Shown here one piece after another: positions 47,388-56,335 of a DNA stretch of 64,000 nucleotides (positions are counted from its first letter, which is position 1; each line of letters begins with the position of its first letter). The position numbers were made by a program, and so were the translations under genes. A model generated the notes under the pieces. The model worked only from the letters and a program-made list of their open reading frames with translations. It made no database searches and was not told where the DNA came from. Location: NCBI GenBank assembly GCA_043814605.1, contig JBDRJV010000037.1, forward strand, positions 31,899-95,898, read 5' to 3'. This stretch comes from Candidatus Omnitrophota bacterium. Lineage in GTDB: Bacteria; Omnitrophota; Gorgyraeia; B26-G9.

Positions 47388-48833
47388 TTGAAAATATTAC
47401 TTATAGTTGAGGAAACTTTTTATATGGATAGACTGGGCATTTTATATTTAAGTTATCCTCTAAAGCGTTTCAACTATGATGTCAAACTTGCTGTTTTTGC
47501 TAAAGAGGGGTTTCCAGGAATAGAACAAATAATGCAAGAATATTCTCCGGATATTGTTGGTTATAGTATGATGACTGGTGAGTATAATACGCTTAATAGA
47601 GTAAATAAGTATTTAAAAAATAAATTTAATTTTTTATCAGTTTTTGGAGGTCCTCACCCGACATTTTATCCGGATTTAATTAAAGAATCCCATATTGACG
47701 CAATTTGTGTAGGAGAGGGAGATATTGCTTTTGCGGAGTTTTGTCGGAGAGTTAAAGAGAGCGATAAATATTGGCAAACTCCAGGGTTTTATGTAAAGCA
47801 TAATGGTAATATTTTTAGTAATCCACTATTATCTTTAGTTAAAGATTTAGACCAATTATCTTTTCCAGATAGAAAATTAATGTATGAGGCCCAACCTGAT
47901 GTCTATGAAGATGGAACCAAAGTTTTTATATCTTCTCGTGGATGCCCTTATAGTTGTTCATATTGTTTTAATAAAAAATATAATGATATTTATAAAAATA
48001 AGTCAATTGTAGTTCGTCATCGTTCGCCTAATAATGTAATTCAGGAAATTGATGCTACTAAGCAGGAATACGGATTAAGACATGTATTTTTTTTAGATGA
48101 TATTTTTACGATAAAACCTAAGGGATGGGTAGAAGAGTTTTCAACACTATATAAGCAAAAGATTGATCTGCCGTTTTCTTGTCACGTACGTGCAAATCTG
48201 GTAAGCGATAGTGAGATAAAACTATTAAAAAATGCCGGCTTAAATTCAGTTTTAATCGGAATAGAATGTGGGGATGAGAGAGTATCAAATGAAGTGTTAA
48301 ATAGAAATTTATCGAATAAAATAATTTTTCAAGCAATACAAATTTTAAAAAAACATGATATTAAAATATGGACACATAATTTATTGGGGATCCCAGTTAA
48401 GGATAGTTTCGAAGTAGGAATTAAAACGCTTGATATGAATTTAAAAATAAGACCAGTTTATGCCCATTCAGGCTTACTTTTTCCTTATCCTGGGACTGAA
48501 ATTCGGAAGCAATCATTACGAAATAATTTTTTGAATGAAAATAGTGTTTTTTTTGAAACTCATCAAAAATATTCAGTTTTTAATTTTAATAAAAAAGAAA
48601 AATCTCAGATTGAAAGATTGCATTATTTATTTGGATTAACAGTTCGTTTTCCTTTTTTACGTAAAATAATTAGATTGCTTGTAAAAATTCCTTTATCAGG
48701 ATTTTATTTTATGATTTTTTATGTTTGGTATGGATACAATCTTAAATTTAAATTTTTTCCCATGCAGTCTTGGACAAAAGAAATAAAAAAATATGTCAAA
48801 TTAGGGGAAAAGATACTAAAAAAACATAATTAA
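47388..48833 (+). CDS. B12-binding-domain radical SAM protein
   Basis: N-terminal B12-binding-like domain, then ISSRGCPYSCSYCFN (CxxxCxxC). Confidence 0.75.
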   Translation: MKILLIVEETFYMDRLGILYLSYPLKRFNYDVKLAVFAKEGFPGIEQIMQEYSPDIVGYSMMTGEYNTLNRVNKYLKNKFNFLSVFGGPHPTFYPDLIKESHIDAICVGEGDIAFAEFCRRVKESDKYWQTPGFYVKHNGNIFSNPLLSLVKDLDQLSFPDRKLMYEAQPDVYEDGTKVFISSRGCPYSCSYCFNKKYNDIYKNKSIVVRHRSPNNVIQEIDATKQEYGLRHVFFLDDIFTIKPKGWVEEFSTLYKQKIDLPFSCHVRANLVSDSEIKLLKNAGLNSVLIGIECGDERVSNEVLNRNLSNKIIFQAIQILKKHDIKIWTHNLLGIPVKDSFEVGIKTLDMNLKIRPVYAHSGLLFPYPGTEIRKQSLRNNFLNENSVFFETHQKYSVFNFNKKEKSQIERLHYLFGLTVRFPFLRKIIRLLVKIPLSGFYFMIFYVWYGYNLKFKFFPMQSWTKEIKKYVKLGEKILKKHN

Positions 48834-49119
48834 TCAGGTATAAATAAATTTTTATTTGATTTCTATGAGTACCACAGTAAAGATTATGAAATTATTTATA
48901 AAAATATGCCTAAAATAAATTTAAATATAAACCATGTTTTATAAAAGAACTTAAAATTTTAAATAAGAAGAATCTAAATATTAAGTTAAAATATGTTACT
49001 GAGTATATTTAGACAAGAAAATTTGTTGTGATGCAACACGTTAGAAAATTAAAAAAATAGGTTTAATTTAAAATACAAAAAAGTTTTAAAATATTTTAAA
49101 AATAAAATAATTATATTTT

Positions 49120-50097
49120 ATGAATAAAACTGTAAGCGTTCTGATTACCTCTAAGGAAAATAAATCTGAACAACTGAAGCATTTGCTGCATAGCTTGGTG
49201 GTTCAGGATATTCGATACCTAAGAATTTACTTAATTTTAGATCGCAAAAATGATCTATTAATTAATGATATCCAAAAAATATTAAAACCAGTGGAATTTT
49301 TTTTTAATGATAACCATTGTATTACTTATATTCAAAATAAAATTATGAAAAATTTAAATAGTGAATTAATTTTGTTATTAAATGATGATATTATATTAGA
49401 AAATTATTTTATTTCTAGTTTAACTGATTCAATTGATAAGAATGAAAAAATAGGTATTTGCTGTGGGAAAATAAAGCGTATGGATAAAATAACTATTGAT
49501 AGCGCAGGGCAATTTTTAGCCCGGAGTCGAAAACCACTAGATAGGGGTTATGGTCAAAAAGATAAAGGGCAGTTTGATAGTGCAGAATATATTTTTGGAG
49601 CTTGTGGGGCAGCAGTTTTGTATCGTAAAAAAATGCTAGAAAGTATTCAAATAACTCCGGGTGAATATTTTGATAATGATTACCATCTATTTTACGAGGA
49701 TTTAGATATTGCCTGGCGGGCGCAAAACTTAGGCTGGAAGGTATTTTATGATCCAAAAGCTGTTTGCTATCATGTTCGCGGAGCTACAGTAAAACAAAAT
49801 AAACCAAAATTTAGTTTTTTAAACAATTTTAATTTTGCTTGGCTTCCGAATAGTTTGAAGGTAGATGTAATAAAAAACCGTTATATGACTATAATAAAAA
49901 ATGATAAATTAAGTAATTTTTTAATTAATTTACCTTTCATTTTATTTTATGATCTTAAAGTTTTTATTTACTGCTTATTTTTTTGCCCGATTGTCATTAA
50001 AAATTGCTTAAATAAAGTGCCTTTGATTATGAACGCTTGGAAAAAAAGAAAATATTACTACTTAAAATATGAAAAAATAAGACAGAAGGAATGCTAA
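49120..50097 (+). CDS. GT2 family glycosyltransferase
   Basis: Has a GT-A-like core with LLLNDDIIL (DxD region) and EDLDIAWRAQNLGWKVFYDPKAVCYHVRG. It is clearly paralogous to 12250..13143. Confidence 0.65.
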   Translation: MNKTVSVLITSKENKSEQLKHLLHSLVVQDIRYLRIYLILDRKNDLLINDIQKILKPVEFFFNDNHCITYIQNKIMKNLNSELILLLNDDIILENYFISSLTDSIDKNEKIGICCGKIKRMDKITIDSAGQFLARSRKPLDRGYGQKDKGQFDSAEYIFGACGAAVLYRKKMLESIQITPGEYFDNDYHLFYEDLDIAWRAQNLGWKVFYDPKAVCYHVRGATVKQNKPKFSFLNNFNFAWLPNSLKVDVIKNRYMTIIKNDKLSNFLINLPFILFYDLKVFIYCLFFCPIVIKNCLNKVPLIMNAWKKRKYYYLKYEKIRQKEC

Positions 50098-51755
50098 AAA
50101 TAATAAATTATTTAGGATTAATTCTTTTAATTTTTAGGCCGTTTATTTGCGAACAAGTTTTTCCCGTTTGTGGAATTATGTTTAATCTAGTCTTTACGGT
50201 AGTTTTTTTCTCGAAGTTAATTGTTGATAAAAATATTAAAACTAGTAAAACTATTGTAATCATTATTTTTTTTATTTTTGTGTTTTTTATATGCCAAATT
50301 ATTTTTTCTATAAATATTTATAACACCTGTAATGTTTTATGCTATTTATTTACTTTAGTTATAATTTATATGTTCGTTGATTCTTTAGAAAGTGAAAAAC
50401 AAGAATTCTTAATTAAAGCAATGGTTGCGATAAGTTTTATAATTGCTTTACGGGGAGCATATCAATATTTATTTGGTTTAAACTTGATCAATAAAATTTT
50501 TTCAGAAGAACAAATTGCAAAAGAAAGTTTGTATGCTTTTGAATTACTTAAGCGAAGAAGAATCGTTTCCTGGTTTACTACCCCAAATTTATTAGCCAGT
50601 TATTTACTTATGTTTATCCCGCTTGCTTTAGCTCAAATAGATTTCGATAAAAATAATATTTTAAAAGTCAAGAATATATTTTATTTTTTAGGTTTTATTT
50701 GTATATTTTTTGCGGTTTTGTTTGCTAAAGTTATTGCTGTTTATCTGGTAATTATTTTCTTAATTTCATGTTTTTTTATAAAAAAATTTACAATTAAATC
50801 TCAGATTGCCCATAAAAATAGTTTTTTGTTTATAGCCGCTTTTTTTGTGATTTCAGGCGGAGTTTTTTTTGCGGAACGAGCCAGTGCATTTTTACTCAAT
50901 GATATTAATAATTCAATAATTCAAAGATTATACTATTGGCAGGCAACTTTAAGGATAATAAAAAATAATTTATTCTTTGGGTTAGGGCTGGGAAATTTTG
51001 GGATTGTATATCCTTTTTACAAAAATAGTTACGCAAATGAAACCATATATGTACATAATAGTTATTTGCAATTGTTTGCTGAAACCGGAATTATATTTTT
51101 TCTAACTGCAGTTAGTTTACTAGGTTGCAGTTTGAGAAATTTATTTAAAAATGAAGATCAAAAGTTGACAATAGCTTTAAGTTTTAGTTGTGCGGCATTT
51201 TTAATCCATAATCTTGTCAGTTATTCTTTTTTTATTATGCAGGTTTGCTTTGTTTGGGTTGTGTTGTTTGCCTGTCTATTTTCAAAAGTTACTAACCGTG
51301 AGGAAAATTATAAAAAGCTTAAAAAACTATTCAATTTTTTAGTTAAGGCAGCTATTTCCTTCATAATAATTAGTAATGGTTTATTTTTAATTAGTGAAAT
51401 TAATCTTAAAAAAGGAATAGAATTATTAAAAAAAGCTCAATATGATCAGGCAAGGCAGAGTATAAAATATGCTTTAAATTTTATTCCTTTTAATGATGTT
51501 GCGTATTATTGTTTAGCAATTAATGCAAAGCGTGAAGCAAATAATAATTTTTCAAATGAAGTAGTTAAAAATTTTAAAAAAGCAATTATTCATAATCCGT
51601 ATTATGTATATTATTACTTTTATTTAGGCGAGTACTACAAGCAGCATGATTTTTTAGCATGGGCAAAAGATTATTTAGCTATGGCTTCTAGGCTATATCC
51701 GACAAATAAAAAATTTAGGATTGAATTGGATGCGGTTATCAAGAAGGGGCAGTAA
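50091..51755 (+). CDS. O-antigen ligase / Wzy_C-family polytopic membrane protein with C-terminal TPR-like tail
   Basis: There are ~10 TM helices. YVHNSYLQLFAETGIIFF matches the Wzy_C signature (H-N-x-Y-L...E-x-G). The C-terminal ~150 aa are soluble and repeat-like (TPR-like by eye). Confidence 0.6.
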   Translation: MLKIINYLGLILLIFRPFICEQVFPVCGIMFNLVFTVVFFSKLIVDKNIKTSKTIVIIIFFIFVFFICQIIFSINIYNTCNVLCYLFTLVIIYMFVDSLESEKQEFLIKAMVAISFIIALRGAYQYLFGLNLINKIFSEEQIAKESLYAFELLKRRRIVSWFTTPNLLASYLLMFIPLALAQIDFDKNNILKVKNIFYFLGFICIFFAVLFAKVIAVYLVIIFLISCFFIKKFTIKSQIAHKNSFLFIAAFFVISGGVFFAERASAFLLNDINNSIIQRLYYWQATLRIIKNNLFFGLGLGNFGIVYPFYKNSYANETIYVHNSYLQLFAETGIIFFLTAVSLLGCSLRNLFKNEDQKLTIALSFSCAAFLIHNLVSYSFFIMQVCFVWVVLFACLFSKVTNREENYKKLKKLFNFLVKAAISFIIISNGLFLISEINLKKGIELLKKAQYDQARQSIKYALNFIPFNDVAYYCLAINAKREANNNFSNEVVKNFKKAIIHNPYYVYYYFYLGEYYKQHDFLAWAKDYLAMASRLYPTNKKFRIELDAVIKKGQ

Positions 51756-51757
51756 AG

Positions 51758-53491
51758 ATGAATTATGCTAAGTATAAGGCTTTTTGCAGAGTAATATATT
51801 GTTATCAAGAATATTGGATTTGGATTGTTTTAGGTATAATAATAAATATTCTAATATTGTTTGTTGTTAATAAGCTTTTAGAAAAGAGTAAGAATTTAAG
51901 CATTAAAAAGTATATAAAAAAAATAAATTTAAATAGAATTGATTATTTATTACTTTTTATGCTAACATTTATTTTTTTTATTTGGAAAATTACTAATATT
52001 AGTAAAGAAAATGTTGATAGTATGGAATCTTTCAACATGCAATTTAATTCTTTATTGAGTACAAATATTATAAAGTTTTTAGATACTTCAATAGTAATTG
52101 CACATAAGTTGATTTATGCAGTTATGCTTAATCTTGTACAAATATTTTGTGCTCCTGAAAATTTAGTTTTTTTGTATAGATTTATTTCTTTTGGTTTTGG
52201 AGTATTATGTTCTTTACTGCTGTTTAAATTTTCAATCAGAGTATTTCAGAATAAATTGATTGCATACCTAGGGTTCATTTTATTCAACTTAAATGCGCTT
52301 TTTTTGTTTTATTGCCGAAGAATTGAAGTTTATTCTATATTTTGTTTTTTTGTATTATTAAGTTTTTATGATTTCTGGAGAATATTTATTGATCGGGATA
52401 AAAATAAGACCTTACGATATGGCATATGGATAATTATTGTATTTTGCTTACATGATACAGGCGTTGTAGTTATTTTTTCGCAGGCTCTTGCTTTATTTTT
52501 TTTAAACAGGAAGCAGCCACTTGAAACTAGAAATTATTTATATTTAAAGTTTATGCAATCGGTACTTGTTTTTGCTTGTTTATTTTTTTTGTTGGGACCT
52601 ATTTTTTGTGCATCAATTATTAGTAATCATTTAATTCTTTACAAAGGTGCTTGGGAAAATAATTTTTATTTAGGTATGGAAAAATTACCGGAACAAATAA
52701 ATACTATGCTGAATTTAATTTTTGGGATGCCCATATTTACGATAGGGCTATTTAGTTTTCCCTTATTTTTTGCAGTTTTTTCGTTAATTAAAAAAAATAA
52801 TAATTTTTTTTGGCTTTTATTAAGCATATTGATATCAAGTATTCTATTTCAGGCAACTTTCATTTATATGTTTTATATTAAAGTTAATGCTTGTTATTTT
52901 AATATTAGGCATTTATTATGGATAGTTCCCTTTATTATCATGATGTATAGTTTTGGTTTTTGTGATTTATGTTTTTTGAGTAATAAAAATTATAAGAAAA
53001 TTTTAGGGTACAGTTTTTTAATTATTATTTTAAGCTCAGGAATTGTGAAATCAAATACTGTTATTTATAGCAATAAAACTCCTGATTACGAGAAAGCATT
53101 TTATTATATTAAAGATAAATTCAAAGATGGAGATTTTTTAGGTTGGCTGTGTTCTTTTACCAGTGATGTATTTTTTATTCACACTAAAAAAAATGATATT
53201 TTTTATGATCATGATAATACCATTTTAGATGAAAGAAGTGCCGGGGTTATATTTAATAATATCGCTTTAAAGCAAAAAAAATTTAAAAGATTTTGGGTGA
53301 TTGTTGCAAAAGAAGATTATTTTGGAGTTGATCATATGAATTTGGAATTTATTGATAAATGCGTTAATTTTTTAAAAAAAGAATTTAAAGAAATTTCTTG
53401 CGTGAAGATGAATAAAATTGATATCTACTTATTTGAATCAACTAGGGAAAGACTGGGGGGTATAATTGAAATTAACAGAAGAATTTTTTAA
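51758..53491 (+). CDS. Polytopic membrane protein, GT-C-like glycosyltransferase candidate
   Basis: 577 aa with >10 TM helices and a C-terminal soluble domain. Confidence 0.45.
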   Translation: MNYAKYKAFCRVIYCYQEYWIWIVLGIIINILILFVVNKLLEKSKNLSIKKYIKKINLNRIDYLLLFMLTFIFFIWKITNISKENVDSMESFNMQFNSLLSTNIIKFLDTSIVIAHKLIYAVMLNLVQIFCAPENLVFLYRFISFGFGVLCSLLLFKFSIRVFQNKLIAYLGFILFNLNALFLFYCRRIEVYSIFCFFVLLSFYDFWRIFIDRDKNKTLRYGIWIIIVFCLHDTGVVVIFSQALALFFLNRKQPLETRNYLYLKFMQSVLVFACLFFLLGPIFCASIISNHLILYKGAWENNFYLGMEKLPEQINTMLNLIFGMPIFTIGLFSFPLFFAVFSLIKKNNNFFWLLLSILISSILFQATFIYMFYIKVNACYFNIRHLLWIVPFIIMMYSFGFCDLCFLSNKNYKKILGYSFLIIILSSGIVKSNTVIYSNKTPDYEKAFYYIKDKFKDGDFLGWLCSFTSDVFFIHTKKNDIFYDHDNTILDERSAGVIFNNIALKQKKFKRFWVIVAKEDYFGVDHMNLEFIDKCVNFLKKEFKEISCVKMNKIDIYLFESTRERLGGIIEINRRIF

Positions 53492-53495
53492 AAAA

Positions 53496-53549
53496 GGAAA
53501 ACTTAACGTGTTTTATAAGGGAAATTAAGTTTCCATTGCAAGTTTTTTT
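53496..53549 (+). terminator. Putative intrinsic terminator / stem-loop downstream of the glycan locus
   Basis: GGAAAACTTAA (53496-53506) pairs with TTAAGTTTCC (53525-53534) around an ~18 nt loop. A T7 run follows at 53543-53549. The 8-nt gap before the T-run is not ideal. Confidence 0.3.
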
Positions 53550-53696
53550 GAAATTAATAGTATTTCAAAAGAGAAATTGATCCGAACCATTATTAGAAGT
53601 GCTAAAGGTTCCAGAAATATCAGGGCTAAGAACTGATTTAAATTTTATACGATTGGAATTTAATATTTATTTTTTAAATATAAAACGCAAGAAATT

Positions 53697-54290
53697 ATGA
53701 AAAAAATTTATATAATTCTAAATTATTTACTCCAGTTTCTATCCTGTCCGATATCAGCTCATAAAAAATTTATTAGGAAGGAAATTGTTAAAGAAATAAA
53801 TATAAATTTAAAAAAAAATATTTTAGATTTTGGATGTGGTCACGGAATATTTTCTGGTCTTTTTAAAAATACAAATATCAATTATATTGAACTTGATTGT
53901 GATTTAAATTCACTGCTGTTTGCAAAATATATACATCAAAATAACTTATATTTGTGTGCAGGAGAATTGCTGTGTTTTAAGCAGAATATCTTTGATTATA
54001 TTATACTAAATAATGTTCTGCATCATATGGATAAAAAATCAATTATTAAATTATTTGACGAAATCATACGGGTGCTTAAAAATAAGAGAAAAGTTATAAT
54101 AATTGAATTGCTGCCTTTTGAAAAACAAAGAGGATTTTTTTTAAAAATTGTTACCTCTTTAGAAAAAAAAATAAAAAAAATTTCTTATGTTTCTGATGAT
54201 TTTTTAACAGAAATTGCAAAAAAATATTTTAGAAATATTAAAAAATTAGAAGTAAGCCGCAATTTTATTTCTTATATTTTAGAAAACTAG
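53697..54290 (+). CDS. Class I SAM-dependent methyltransferase
   Basis: ILDFGCGHGIFS matches motif I (GxGxG). Confidence 0.6.
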   Translation: MKKIYIILNYLLQFLSCPISAHKKFIRKEIVKEININLKKNILDFGCGHGIFSGLFKNTNINYIELDCDLNSLLFAKYIHQNNLYLCAGELLCFKQNIFDYIILNNVLHHMDKKSIIKLFDEIIRVLKNKRKVIIIELLPFEKQRGFFLKIVTSLEKKIKKISYVSDDFLTEIAKKYFRNIKKLEVSRNFISYILEN

Positions 54291-54466
54291 CCATTTAAAA
54301 TTAGCTTGAAAATTATCGTGGAAGCTGCTTTTTTAAATCAACTCCCAATTTAAAAAAAAGTAAATAAAGTAAAAAATATCTTTTCTACAATATATTGTGT
54401 CTATTCTTTCTGTAACCTACTATAAATAGTGTTGTTAAATATTTTTAAAAAAACGATATTTTTTTA

Positions 54467-54500
54467 TTGACGTCCCTAAAAAATAGCGTATATTTAATAA
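54467..54500 (+). promoter_or_regulatory. Putative sigma70-type promoter of the mraZ/dcw operon
   Basis: TTGACG at 54467-54472, then a ~16-18 nt spacer, then TATATT/TATTTA/TAATAAT -10 candidates at 54489-54500. It sits directly upstream of the GTGG repeats and the mraZ start. Confidence 0.4.
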
Positions 54501-54501
54501 T

Positions 54502-54525
54502 GTGGTTAAAAGTGGAGGAAAGTGG
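54502..54525 (+). promoter_or_regulatory. MraZ operator: three direct GTGG repeats at 10-bp spacing
   Basis: GTGGttaaaaGTGGaggaaaGTGGag has GTGG at 54502, 54512 and 54522. It ends 5 nt before the mraZ ATG and overlaps the GGAG RBS. MraZ boxes in other bacteria are direct GTGG(G)-N6 repeats in the same place. Confidence 0.55.
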
Positions 54526-54530
54526 AGTAG

Positions 54531-54971
54531 ATGTTTTATGGCGAATTTGAACATTCATTAGATAAAAAAAGCCGTGTGATTATTCCGGCTAAATTTCGGG
54601 AAGCATTTAAAGAAAATTTTGTCGAAAAATTTTTCGTTACCCGAGGGTTAGATAGCTGTTTGTTTTTATTCACGGAAGAAGAATGGAAAAAACAGGAACA
54701 AAAATTTAAAGCACTTTCTTTTACCAAGCCGGAAGCAAGGAAATTTAATCGTTTGTTTTTTTCTGGTGCCAGTGAAATTATCTGCGACTCACAAGGAAGA
54801 GTTTTGATTCCTCAATACCTTAAGGATTTCGCGCAAATACAAAAGGATGTTGTAATTATTGGAGTTTCTAATCGAATAGAAATCTGGAGTAAAAATCGCT
54901 GGAAGGAATTTTATGAAAATACTAGAGGAACCTTTGAGGATACTGCCGAAAAACTCATGGGTTTGGAATGA
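54531..54971 (+). CDS. mraZ: Transcriptional regulator MraZ
   Basis: MFYGEFEHSLDKKSRVIIPAKFRE is the classic MraZ N-terminus. The protein contains duplicated SpoVT/AbrB-like halves. Confidence 0.9.
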   Translation: MFYGEFEHSLDKKSRVIIPAKFREAFKENFVEKFFVTRGLDSCLFLFTEEEWKKQEQKFKALSFTKPEARKFNRLFFSGASEIICDSQGRVLIPQYLKDFAQIQKDVVIIGVSNRIEIWSKNRWKEFYENTRGTFEDTAEKLMGLE

Positions 54972-54978
54972 AGAGGAA

Positions 54979-55866
54979 ATGGGCCGACACACCCCGGTAA
55001 TGTATGATGAAGTAGTAGCGTACCTGAAGCTTTCACCAGGGAAGGTGATTGTTGATTGTACTTTGGGGGAAGGGGGGCATAGTGAAGGCATACTGAGAAA
55101 GATAACGCCAGGCGGACAGCTCATTGGCATAGATCAGGATGATGATGCTTTGAGTATAACCCGCCTGCGTCTTTCTCGCTTTGAAGATTCTGTGAGGCTA
55201 GTTCATGATAATTTTCAAAATATTAGGGTTATTTTGAAACGTTTGGGATTAGATAAAGTGGATGGTTTTGTTATGGATCTAGGAATATCTTCTTTGCAAT
55301 TATCTGCTCCGGAACGCGGGTTTAGTTTTCAAATCGATGGCCCTCTCAATATGCGTATGGATAAAAAAGCTCAAATTACTGCTTTTGATTTAGTCAATAA
55401 TTTAAGTGAAGAAGAAATTGCGAATGTTATATATATTTTTGGTCAAGAGAGATTTAGCCGTAGAATTGCACGTAACATTGTACAACAGCGCAACAAACAT
55501 GTAATTACAACCACTCAAGAACTGGCTAATTTAATAATCGAATCTGTTCCCAAACATCAAAGATTTAGAAAAATTCATCCGGCAACCAGAACATTTATGG
55601 CGTTACGGATTGCAGTTAACAGAGAATTGGAAGTCTTACAAAGCACACTTAAAGATGCGGTTGATTTACTGAATCCCGGAGGGAGGATTTGTGTGATTTC
55701 TTTTCATTCTTTAGAAGACAGGATTGTAAAGAATGAATTTAAGTCCCAAGCCAGAAATTCCGTAATAAAAATAATTACAAAAAAACCGCTTGTGCCAACA
55801 CAAAACGAAATCCAGGAAAATCATCGTAGTCGTAGTGCAAAACTCCGGGTGGCTGAGAAAATATAA
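54979..55866 (+). CDS. rsmH: 16S rRNA (cytosine1402-N4)-methyltransferase RsmH
   Basis: MGRHTPVMYDEVV...GEGGHSE...GIDQD are RsmH/MraW motifs. The ORF track starts at 54913, but ATG 54979 (AGAGGAA RBS, just after the mraZ stop) is the likely start. Confidence 0.85.
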   Translation: MGRHTPVMYDEVVAYLKLSPGKVIVDCTLGEGGHSEGILRKITPGGQLIGIDQDDDALSITRLRLSRFEDSVRLVHDNFQNIRVILKRLGLDKVDGFVMDLGISSLQLSAPERGFSFQIDGPLNMRMDKKAQITAFDLVNNLSEEEIANVIYIFGQERFSRRIARNIVQQRNKHVITTTQELANLIIESVPKHQRFRKIHPATRTFMALRIAVNRELEVLQSTLKDAVDLLNPGGRICVISFHSLEDRIVKNEFKSQARNSVIKIITKKPLVPTQNEIQENHRSRSAKLRVAEKI

Positions 55867-55898
55867 ATATCTAGTTTATTTTAAATAGGGGGCTTAAG

Positions 55899-56273
55899 GT
55901 GAGCTTAAAAAAGACACTCATATTTGCTGTAATAACCACTTGTTTATCTATAAGTTATGTTAATCAACAAATTTCTGTGGTTAAACTAAGTTATCAACTT
56001 CGGAGTAAAGAAAAAAACCTGTCTGAACTAATTGACCAAAATAGAATTTTATTATATAATAATGCCAGCCTAAAATCACCACAGTATTTAGCCGGAATGC
56101 TCAAAGAAAATGATCAAGAATTAACATTTCCGGATACTACTGTTGTGGCAAAAGTAAAAATGGTGAGAAAAGATCACAGGCAGCAGGTGAAAACAACGAA
56201 AAGTAACTGGAGAACTAAATTGCTTGATTTGTTTATTCCTAAAGCACAAGCAGCGTTAGATAAAAGACAATAG
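55899..56273 (+). CDS. ftsL: Cell division protein FtsL-like (single-pass membrane protein)
   Basis: Position between rsmH and ftsI. GTG start. One TM helix (LIFAVITTCLSISYV) followed by a coiled-coil-like segment. Confidence 0.6.
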   Translation: MSLKKTLIFAVITTCLSISYVNQQISVVKLSYQLRSKEKNLSELIDQNRILLYNNASLKSPQYLAGMLKENDQELTFPDTTVVAKVKMVRKDHRQQVKTTKSNWRTKLLDLFIPKAQAALDKRQ

Positions 56274-56335
56274 TTTTTCTCTTCTGCTTCACCAAAAATT
56301 AATTACTTCCTAAATATAAGGATATATTAAAAAAA

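Noticed and set aside
20818-48833. RiPP biosynthetic gene cluster (rSAM/SPASM + B12-rSAM maturases acting on a precursor peptide)
   Set aside because: I looked in all gaps and flanks of the rSAM genes for short ORFs with leader/core features and found none. The surrounding genes are glycan and lipid-carrier enzymes rather than proteases or ABC exporters. This remains a formal possibility if the precursor is encoded elsewhere.
48834-49119. 286-bp AT-rich gap with a near-palindromic GTTGTGATGCAACACGTT element
   Set aside because: It is not a true inverted repeat when checked base by base. It is most likely just promoter or AT-rich spacer, and no RNA gene structure was recognisable.
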